Source: a virus
Lineage: Duplodnaviria; Heunggongvirae; Uroviricota; Caudoviricetes
DNA length: 15,174 bases
IMG/VR virus record: IMGVR_UViG_3300021963_000087
Coordinates: 64,001-79,174 of that record
Direction: 5' to 3' (one strand)
Shown here piece after piece: positions 8,120 through 13,963 of the stretch; the first letter of the stretch is position 1, and each line of letters starts with the position of its first letter. The notes below the pieces were generated by a model that was not told where the DNA came from, made no database searches, and saw only the letters and a list, made by a program, of their open reading frames with translations. The position numbers and the translations under genes were made by a program.

Positions 8120-8149
8120 TAAAGGTACGAACTTCTAGATACTAGGCAA
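8120..8149 (-). promoter_or_regulatory. leftward Bacteroidota-type promoter R1
   Basis: Minus strand TTG-N19-TAccTTTA. Confidence 0.75.
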
Positions 8150-8212
8150 CTTTTCGGCTAACTTTTTTTAAAATTTATTTTCGGGAATTTAAAAAAAAAT
8201 CTCTAGGAACTG

Positions 8213-8242
8213 TTGCCGGGGAAGGTAAAGTCCGTATCTTTA
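8213..8242 (+). promoter_or_regulatory. promoter P2
   Basis: TTG-N19-TAtcTTTA with an upstream A-tract, ahead of the DUF932 gene. Confidence 0.8.
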
Positions 8243-8283
8243 GGCCATCAAAAGAGAGACACTCTTAAAACTGTTTCCAAGTT

Positions 8284-9069
8284 ATGAACCAATTATCATT
8301 AACAGAAATCCAGACACTAGCTCCTCAAGCTTTTGCTCAAACAGCTAAGCCAGGTGTTAGTCAAAAGTATTCTTTCCTTCCTACTTCTCGCATCATTGAG
8401 GATATGGATAGATTGGGATGGAAAGTTTCAGCTGCTAAGGCAGGTAAGTATCGCAATAGCGACAATGCTCAGTATGGTAACCACTTCATTGGTTTCTTCC
8501 ATCCAGAGATTTTTATCAAGGATGCAAACGGAGAGATTGAAGCTTACCCTCAAGTAGTTGTATTCAATTCTCACACTGGCCGTGGAAGCTTTAGATTCGA
8601 AATGGGAATCTTTAGATTAGTATGCAGCAACGGAATGGTTATCAAGAGCTCTGACATGGGTAGCTTTCAATTGAAGCACACAGGTTATACTTTCGAGCAG
8701 CTTCAAGTTTTAATCAACGAAGCAGTAGAGCGTATGCCAGAGATTGCTGGGAAGATTAATACCTTCGGCCAGAGATTAATGTCAATCGAAGAACAAAGAG
8801 CTTTTGCTAAATCAGCATTCGCTTTACGCTCAGATAGATTGTTAACTCCAAACGAGCTTGAAGATTTCATTGCTCCAAGAAGAAAGGAAGACGAGGGTAA
8901 CTCTTTATGGTTAGTTCTTAATCGCATCCAGGAGTCAGTTATCAAGGGAGGTTCTTTAGCAGAGCCTAAGGTTAAGAAAGGCAAGAAGGCATTCAAAGGA
9001 ATCAAAAATATTCACAGGGATTTCAAAATCAACCAAGAGCTTTGGGAGATGGCTGAATCTTATATCTAA
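8284..9069 (+). CDS. DUF932 (UPF0380, YafZ/YfjQ/YubP-like) protein
   Basis: APQAF...VSQKYSFLPT..II, NSH.G..SF.F.MGIFRLVCSNG and D....LW...NRIQE..IKGG motifs. Confidence 0.9.
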   Translation: MNQLSLTEIQTLAPQAFAQTAKPGVSQKYSFLPTSRIIEDMDRLGWKVSAAKAGKYRNSDNAQYGNHFIGFFHPEIFIKDANGEIEAYPQVVVFNSHTGRGSFRFEMGIFRLVCSNGMVIKSSDMGSFQLKHTGYTFEQLQVLINEAVERMPEIAGKINTFGQRLMSIEEQRAFAKSAFALRSDRLLTPNELEDFIAPRRKEDEGNSLWLVLNRIQESVIKGGSLAEPKVKKGKKAFKGIKNIHRDFKINQELWEMAESYI

Positions 9070-9075
9070 AACCTT

Positions 9076-9098
9076 AGGGGGGCTACGGCCCCCCTTTA
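9076..9098 (+). terminator. intrinsic terminator with cUACGg tetraloop
   Basis: GGGGGC-TACG-GCCCCC followed by TTTT. Confidence 0.8.
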
Positions 9099-9111
9099 TA
9101 AAATTAAAGTT

Positions 9112-9420
9112 ATGAAAAAGTATGAACCAATTGAAGGATCTAACAAAGAGTTAAAGATCGAAGTCTATTACGACAAAGGTGGTATGAATTATTTCAATGG
9201 CAAGAACGAACCAAGAGGCTATTGGCTATCAATGAGACAAGTGGAGGTACAAAGAACAGATCGCAGTATTGTGATTGAGAGTTATGGAATGTTCTCAGGA
9301 GCTAAAATGTTTCTCAATGAAGTTAAGAAGAAAAGCGATAAGGCTTATCAATTAGCTTTGAGCATAGCTGAAGGAAAGATCCCTGAGTTAAAACAACATG
9401 TACTAGGTACAGCAGAATAA
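9112..9420 (+). CDS. conserved hypothetical protein (YYDKGGMNYF...RGYWLS)
   Basis: 102 aa ORF with an AAATTAAAGTTATG start context. Confidence 0.85.
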   Translation: MKKYEPIEGSNKELKIEVYYDKGGMNYFNGKNEPRGYWLSMRQVEVQRTDRSIVIESYGMFSGAKMFLNEVKKKSDKAYQLALSIAEGKIPELKQHVLGTAE

Positions 9421-9427
9421 AAAAAAG

Positions 9428-9458
9428 TTGGTAGGAATGTAAAAAGTTCCTACCTTCA
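9428..9458 (+). promoter_or_regulatory. promoter P3 with hairpin spacer
   Basis: TTG-N20-TAccTTCA; GTAGGAA/TTCCTAC stem. Confidence 0.75.
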
Positions 9459-9479
9459 CTCTATCAAAAATCAAAGCAC

Positions 9480-9785
9480 ATGAAAATTATTCCAAGAGTC
9501 CAAGTTCAGGAGACTATAAATAATCTGAAAGGAGGAACCATCTACTCAGTAACGTTTGTTAAGAAAGATGGTAGCATTCGTTTGATGAACTCTATCAAGA
9601 ATACAAAGAAGGGAGTTACAGGCGAAGGCTTAAAGTACGATGCTCAAGATAGAGGATTGATTCCAGTTTATGATCTGCAGCTGGCCAAGAAGGGTGAGGC
9701 TGAGAATAAATGTTGGAGGATGGTTAATGTAGCTACTGTTCAAAAGATTGTAGTTAATCACGAAGAGTTTTTGGTTCAGGATTAG
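9480..9785 (+). CDS. phage SH3 beta-barrel (WYL_2-like) protein
   Basis: YSVTFVKKDGSIR.M...YDL......WR.VN pattern. Confidence 0.7.
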   Translation: MKIIPRVQVQETINNLKGGTIYSVTFVKKDGSIRLMNSIKNTKKGVTGEGLKYDAQDRGLIPVYDLQLAKKGEAENKCWRMVNVATVQKIVVNHEEFLVQD

Positions 9786-9810
9786 TATAGATTTTGGTTA
9801 GTTCATGGTG

Positions 9811-9842
9811 AAAGGGATGTCCACAAGACATCCTTTTTTTTT
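9811..9842 (+). terminator. intrinsic terminator, possibly bidirectional
   Basis: GGATGTC-CACAA-GACATCC followed by a T9 run, with an upstream AAAG. Confidence 0.85.
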
Positions 9843-9921
9843 GGCATATGTGAAAAATCCTGAACAACGTACCTCTGATCTCTTCGGTGCCTGTGCCCGC
9901 CCTTTCCTCAATTGGATGGCC

Positions 9922-9952
9922 TAAAGATACGTACTAAATCCATTCCCGGCAA
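9922..9952 (-). promoter_or_regulatory. leftward promoter R2
   Basis: Minus strand TTG-N20-TAtcTTTA. Confidence 0.75.
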
Positions 9953-10005
9953 CTATTTTATTAGTTATTTTTAAAAAATATTTCTGAAAAAAACCATGCA
10001 AAAAG

Positions 10006-10035
10006 TTGCTAGATGTTTCAAAGTTCGTATCTTCA
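10006..10035 (+). promoter_or_regulatory. promoter P4
   Basis: AAAAG-TTG-N19-TAtcTTCA. Confidence 0.75.
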
Positions 10036-10087
10036 TGCTATCAAAATCAAACGAGGAGTCACCTCACTAAAAACTGAAATCAAAGTT

Positions 10088-10537
10088 ATGAAACAAGAAA
10101 TTGCAAAACTGATTGATCAGGCTTTAACAGATCAGAAAAAAGATGTGGACAATTCCTTTCCAAGTATTTTCTCCAGAGAAGATGTTAAACATCAGCTAGA
10201 AGAGTTTGGTTACGGATTAATCACCATCGTTATGGAAATGAAAGAAGAAGGGAAATCCATTCGTGGTATTTCGCTTCAAGGAGTTGAGGAGTTATCTGAG
10301 TTATTAACTAAAGCTCTTTACAAAGGAATTGAAAGATTAGATTCTGAAGAAGTAGTTGATTACAGCTCAGCTTGTTTTAACATCACTTACAACAACACAA
10401 TTGAAATCGATTCGATAGATTATCTGAGCGATAATATTACAGAAGTTGTTGACACAGCAATTGCAGAAGTTTTACACGATTTCTTTTCTCCTGAGGAAGA
10501 GGAAGTGAAAGAAACTCCATACGCAACTGAACAATAA
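10088..10537 (+). CDS. acidic hypothetical protein, 149 aa (start moved to 10088)
   Basis: The track start at 10013 lies inside promoter P4; ATG 10088 has the AAATCAAAGTTATG context. Confidence 0.8.
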   Translation: MKQEIAKLIDQALTDQKKDVDNSFPSIFSREDVKHQLEEFGYGLITIVMEMKEEGKSIRGISLQGVEELSELLTKALYKGIERLDSEEVVDYSSACFNITYNNTIEIDSIDYLSDNITEVVDTAIAEVLHDFFSPEEEEVKETPYATEQ

Positions 10538-10545
10538 AAATAAAT

Positions 10546-10580
10546 TAGCTAGCCTGGGTAAACTGGGCTAGCTTTACTTT
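10546..10580 (+). promoter_or_regulatory. hairpin terminator / degenerate promoter P5
   Basis: TAG-N20-TAgcTTTA; AGCTAGCC/GGCTAGCT stem followed by TTACTTT; shares GCTAGCCTGGGTAA with P6 and P7. Confidence 0.6.
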
Positions 10581-10594
10581 CTAAAATCAAAATT

Positions 10595-10981
10595 ATGTTA
10601 AACGAAAAAATTAAATTCAATCATCAAGCTTCAGACATCAGAGAAGCATTAAGTATTGACAACAGAAGAGCTACAGAGCTTACCGGATTATTATTCTTTA
10701 CAGAAATTAACAAAGCACACACTGTGGGTAAAATCTTTGACAACGAAGATGAAGCTCCAAGAGAATTTACTACACAAACGGGAACTCTATCAACAGTGTT
10801 AGAAGAAGTTGAAGATTTAAACGAAGTAGTCTTTACTACATTCCAATGGACAAAGAATATGCAGATGGCTAGGCATAAAGATGGCTCAGGAATGTTAGCT
10901 GCATTAACAATGATATATTTAGTTTGTGATCACGATAAGGATAAATTTATTGAAATGTTTTTAAACAAAATGGAGGATTAA
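10595..10981 (+). CDS. hypothetical protein
   Basis: 128 aa ORF with an AAAATCAAAATTATG start context. Confidence 0.8.
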   Translation: MLNEKIKFNHQASDIREALSIDNRRATELTGLLFFTEINKAHTVGKIFDNEDEAPREFTTQTGTLSTVLEEVEDLNEVVFTTFQWTKNMQMARHKDGSGMLAALTMIYLVCDHDKDKFIEMFLNKMED

Positions 10982-10983
10982 TT

Positions 10984-11187
10984 ATGGACAGTTTTAAAAT
11001 GGCTTTAGATCTTTATGACAAAACGCAGAAGCGTAGTAAGCAATTAGCAACTTTAGTGGGTTATGCTAAGGGAGAGTTAAGAACTCTCATTGAAGCTCAC
11101 AACTTAGATGAAGTAGCAAAGACCAAAGCGAAGAACGCTATTGCTAATTTGGATAAGGAGTGGAAACAAATTTATGATCTTAAATAG
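10984..11187 (+). CDS. helical hypothetical protein
   Basis: 67 aa ORF, 2 nt after the upstream stop. Confidence 0.75.
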   Translation: MDSFKMALDLYDKTQKRSKQLATLVGYAKGELRTLIEAHNLDEVAKTKAKNAIANLDKEWKQIYDLK

Positions 11188-11197
11188 CCCCCCAAGC

Positions 11198-11240
11198 AAA
11201 AGCCCGATGATAGGATTATATCCTTAGGGCTTTTAATTTT
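11198..11240 (+). terminator. intrinsic terminator-like hairpin
   Basis: AAAAGCCC/GGGCTTTT outer stem, AGGAT/ATCCT inner stem, T-rich tail. Confidence 0.7.
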
Positions 11241-11243
11241 ATT

Positions 11244-11363
11244 ATGAGTAACATAATAGCCAAATTCTTGAAGTGTCGTAATTGTAGAAAATTATTTACA
11301 CAAACGACTTACAAGAATAAGAAGAGCTTACCAATTTGTCCTTGGTGTAAGACTCACCACTAA
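11244..11363 (+). CDS. 39 aa zinc-ribbon micro-protein (CRNC...CPWC)
   Basis: Translated by hand: MSNIIAKFLKCRNCRKLFTQTTYKNKKSLPICPWCKTHH. Confidence 0.7.
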   Translation: MSNIIAKFLKCRNCRKLFTQTTYKNKKSLPICPWCKTHH

Positions 11364-11389
11364 CTAACTACTAACCCAAAAACTAATCC

Positions 11390-11701
11390 ATGGACAAAAA
11401 AAATTACGTGGCTACTTACATGAGATATTGTAAGATGCCAATCGATGAGTTGCAGAGACAACTCAAAGTTCTTTATAGAAGAAGATATGATGAACATGAT
11501 ATAGAATGTCATGAGGAGTATCGGCTAGCTTCAAGAGCTTACATTACTAGAACAAAATCTGGAACCGGTCTGATATTCCATTTAAAGAATTTCATCCCAG
11601 TGTTGGTTTTAATTATAACTCTTTGTATGTTAAAAGAAAAAACATATGAGTTTCAGATTCCTACCAACAGCTTACAAGCTAGTAAAGTTTGCAGAAGCTA
11701 A
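11390..11701 (+). CDS. hypothetical protein with a hydrophobic C-terminal segment
   Basis: 103 aa ORF; its last 56 nt overlap the next gene, so the C-terminus is uncertain. Confidence 0.6.
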   Translation: MDKKNYVATYMRYCKMPIDELQRQLKVLYRRRYDEHDIECHEEYRLASRAYITRTKSGTGLIFHLKNFIPVLVLIITLCMLKEKTYEFQIPTNSLQASKVCRS

Positions 11702-11864
11702 GCGTCGTAACGACATCACAAACATTTCTCAAGAAACCGGATACAGTCCTTCTATGGTTTCTAAAACCTTGAGTGGCTTACGTAACAATGAATCAATTGT
11801 TAATAAAGCTTACCGCATTGTTAAAGATCGTCAAACAAATTTAACGGCATTGGCGAAAGCCTAA
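11646..11864 (+). CDS. small helix-turn-helix DNA-binding protein
   Basis: ITNISQETGYSPSMVSKTLSG fits the HTH pattern. Confidence 0.7.
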   Translation: MSFRFLPTAYKLVKFAEAKRRNDITNISQETGYSPSMVSKTLSGLRNNESIVNKAYRIVKDRQTNLTALAKA

Positions 11865-11907
11865 AGATAGTTATGTAGGTTCATAACTTTTGATTTTGGA
11901 AAACGAG

Positions 11908-11935
11908 GCCCCCATTCTTGGGGGCTTCCTTATTT
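11908..11935 (+). terminator. intrinsic terminator-like hairpin
   Basis: GCCCCCA-TTCT-TGGGGGC with a T-rich tail; flanks allow bidirectional use. Confidence 0.7.
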
Positions 11936-11949
11936 GCCAAAGGGACCCC

Positions 11950-11980
11950 TAAAGGTACGAACCTTGAGCCAAACTAGCAA
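11950..11980 (-). promoter_or_regulatory. leftward promoter R3
   Basis: Minus strand TTG-N20-TAccTTTA. Confidence 0.75.
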
Positions 11981-12019
11981 CGGATGTGCATAACTTTTTT
12001 GAGGAAAAAACCTTAAGAA

Positions 12020-12077
12020 AAAGTTGCTAGCCTGGGTAACTCTTAGTATCTTTAGGTCCTAAACAATCAAAGTTATG
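12020..12077 (+). promoter_or_regulatory. promoter P6 + start cassette
   Basis: TTG(12024)-N20-TAtcTTTA(12047), then GGTCCTAAACAATCAAAGTTATG. Confidence 0.85.
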
Positions 12078-12269
12078 AAAAAACAAATTTTTTTAGCAGT
12101 AATAGGGTTCTGCTCCCTAATAAGTGCTTTCGGCTTACTAATAGTCGGAGAGGTCTTTGAAAGAAGTGAGGTGTACTATCAGCTCTTTCATTTGTTCTTT
12201 GCTGTAGGACTTGTTGGTTCTTTGGGGTATCTGTTTTCGACTATTGAAACCACACAACCTAAAAAGTAA
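12075..12269 (+). CDS. small two-helix membrane protein
   Basis: Two hydrophobic segments in 64 aa. Confidence 0.8.
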   Translation: MKKQIFLAVIGFCSLISAFGLLIVGEVFERSEVYYQLFHLFFAVGLVGSLGYLFSTIETTQPKK

Positions 12270-12273
12270 AGCC

Positions 12274-12480
12274 ATGAAACAAACTCACGAAGAGATTAAA
12301 CAATCCTACAAAGAGATAGTTAGCTTATGGAACTCTCAGCCATTCCTTGAAAGATTACTATTCTTAATGAACAAGTGTAGATTCAATCAAGACGATGCAG
12401 AGGTAATAGCAAAGAAAGCTTTCCATCACATTAATGACCTCTATAGAATCATTATCTTTAACGAACTAAATAAAAGCTAA
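12274..12480 (+). CDS. hypothetical protein (start moved to 12274)
   Basis: ATG 4 nt after the upstream stop removes the 59-nt overlap. Confidence 0.75.
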   Translation: MKQTHEEIKQSYKEIVSLWNSQPFLERLLFLMNKCRFNQDDAEVIAKKAFHHINDLYRIIIFNELNKS

Positions 12481-12482
12481 TT

Positions 12483-12668
12483 ATGAATTATTATATAATA
12501 ACTTACGGGGTCCATGAACATGAAGGGTTCGATGGCTATGAACTACATCACACTAAACCTATTCCTGCTATCAGTGCTATAGAAGCTGCTGAACGATTCA
12601 GGGATGTGTTCGAAAGCAATGAAGGAGTACCTTGTGAGATACACAGTATTAAATTAGTAAAAGAATAA
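12483..12668 (+). CDS. hypothetical protein
   Basis: 61 aa ORF in operon. Confidence 0.75.
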   Translation: MNYYIITYGVHEHEGFDGYELHHTKPIPAISAIEAAERFRDVFESNEGVPCEIHSIKLVKE

Positions 12669-12672
12669 AGTT

Positions 12673-12786
12673 ATGAAAACATTCAATGAGTGGAACAAAG
12701 ATCGTCAGAAGCAAGAAGCGGAGCAAGCTGAGTTCCTAGTGGTCCTTATCTTTATCCTGCTCGGCATAGCAGCCATAGCAGCTTAA
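12673..12786 (+). CDS. 37 aa micro-protein with a C-terminal transmembrane helix
   Basis: Translated by hand: MKTFNEWNKDRQKQEAEQAEFLVVLIFILLGIAAIAA; AAAGTTATG context. Confidence 0.7.
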   Translation: MKTFNEWNKDRQKQEAEQAEFLVVLIFILLGIAAIAA

Positions 12787-12789
12787 AAA

Positions 12790-12845
12790 AAAGTTGCTAG
12801 CCTGGGTAACCTCTAGTATCTTTATATCCTAAAATCAAAGTTATG
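12790..12845 (+). promoter_or_regulatory. promoter P7 + start cassette
   Basis: TTG(12794)-N20-TAtcTTTA(12817); near copy of P6. Confidence 0.85.
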
Positions 12846-12974
12846 AATGAAACAATTACACTTGCAGAAGCAATCTTGGTGTCAATCGTGACAGTAGTCG
12901 GTTGGGCAGCAATAAAGACTATCCTAGAGATGATAGAAGATAAAAGTAATTATCGTAAACGCCAAAACTCTTAA
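12843..12974 (+). CDS. 43 aa micro-protein with one transmembrane helix
   Basis: Translated by hand: MNETITLAEAILVSIVTVVGWAAIKTILEMIEDKSNYRKRQNS. Confidence 0.7.
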   Translation: MNETITLAEAILVSIVTVVGWAAIKTILEMIEDKSNYRKRQNS

Positions 12975-12976
12975 TC

Positions 12977-13258
12977 ATGAACAAAGTAATTGAGTATGAA
13001 GTAAGCTATGACTTACAAGTAGAGATTAAGTACATAGGAGAAGAGGAGCCTAACGAGCACTACTTCGAGCTACACAGACACTTCCCTGAGCTAACCTTTG
13101 ATGATGAAGAGGATGAAGCTAAGGCAGTAGTGTTCCCTGATGGGAAGATAGAGATAGAGTCCTACGAAGGAGGCTACCTAAGAGACGAAGAGGTAAGTGC
13201 CATAGGCCAGATGATGGAAGAGATATTAGCTAAAGTAATAATTAATAGTCATGATTAA
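12977..13258 (+). CDS. highly acidic hypothetical protein
   Basis: About 26 D/E versus 7 K/R in 93 aa (hand count). Confidence 0.8.
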   Translation: MNKVIEYEVSYDLQVEIKYIGEEEPNEHYFELHRHFPELTFDDEEDEAKAVVFPDGKIEIESYEGGYLRDEEVSAIGQMMEEILAKVIINSHD

Positions 13259-13448
13259 GAAGAAGTTCAAGGTAGTAGAGACTAGAACAGCTACAGCATA
13301 TTGGGTCTACGAAGTAGAAGCAGAGAGTGAGGAGGAAGCCAAGAAGCTAGTGGAAGAGATAACAATAGACCCAGAAGACCCAGAGCACTTCACAGAAGTA
13401 GATTGGGATAGTGAGGCAGAGTTCGAGTACCAAGAAGTATTAAAATAA
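13251..13448 (+). CDS. highly acidic small protein (YEVEAESEEEA, DpnD/PcfM-like pattern)
   Basis: About 20 D/E in 65 aa (hand count). Confidence 0.75.
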   Translation: MIKKKFKVVETRTATAYWVYEVEAESEEEAKKLVEEITIDPEDPEHFTEVDWDSEAEFEYQEVLK

Positions 13449-13504
13449 AGTTGCTAGTCTGGCTAACCTGGAGTACCTTTAGGTCCTAAACAATCAAAGC
13501 TATG
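13447..13504 (+). promoter_or_regulatory. promoter P8 + start cassette
   Basis: TTG(13451)-N20-TAccTTTA(13474); 50 of 58 nt identical to P6. Confidence 0.85.
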
Positions 13505-13708
13505 ACAAATCAAACAAACTATTACATCTTTGGGAACAAAGGTGCCGTGTGGACTAACAAAGCTCACGCAGCCAAGACAGGAGAAGTAGGAACCTTATGT
13601 GGAACTCCAATGCTAAGTAGCAATTGGGCTAGGATAGAAGGTATAACCGAAGTAGGATGCCCAGAATGCCTTAAAAGACTAGAAGAAGAGAAGATAATGA
13701 AGAGATAG
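13502..13708 (+). CDS. small putative Zn-binding protein (H...LCG...CPEC)
   Basis: His/Cys spacing in 68 aa. Confidence 0.7.
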   Translation: MTNQTNYYIFGNKGAVWTNKAHAAKTGEVGTLCGTPMLSSNWARIEGITEVGCPECLKRLEEEKIMKR

Positions 13709-13718
13709 CTTTGATAAC

Positions 13719-13763
13719 CCTCGGGAAGGCTTTCAATCAACCGGAAGCCTCCCCCTCCCGAGG
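13719..13763. terminator. nested GC-rich hairpin after the P8 gene
   Basis: CCTCGGGA/TCCCGAGG outer stem and AGGCTT/AAGCCT inner stem; no clear U-tract. Confidence 0.45.
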
Positions 13764-13777
13764 ATTAGTTGAGAGAA

Positions 13778-13917
13778 GGGGGGTCCAAGCGATGACGAGG
13801 TGGGTCCATGTGAGTGCATGATGCTCTCAGATGATGGCATGATGAACCCAACGTAATTACAGCTGATACCGCGATATACGCATATTACCATGCCTCTGAT
13901 CGTTGTTAGACCCCCCC
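13778..13917. ncRNA. candidate structured non-coding RNA or DNA element
   Basis: GGGGGGTC/GACCCCCC closing stem with further nested pairings; GC-rich; no credible ORF. Confidence 0.45.
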
Positions 13918-13963
13918 GTAAAATTTTAGAAAAGGTTTTGGTATATATTAAAAACAAGTAAGT

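Noticed and set aside
11860-11869. Reverse -7 box (CCTAAAGATA) at the HTH gene stop
   Set aside because: No matching -33 element at the correct distance.
12020-13504. Repeats read as a CRISPR array
   Set aside because: Spacing is about 650-770 bp, contains genes, and the repeats are promoters; no cas genes are present.
13790-13900. ATGATGA/CTGA box C/D-like or hammerhead-like words
   Set aside because: No CTGANGA...GAAA hammerhead core on either strand; the C/D-like words lack convincing k-turn geometry.
13733-13957. 74 aa minus-strand ORF
   Set aside because: Lone minus-strand frame over a structured GC-rich region, with no recognisable motif or consensus promoter.
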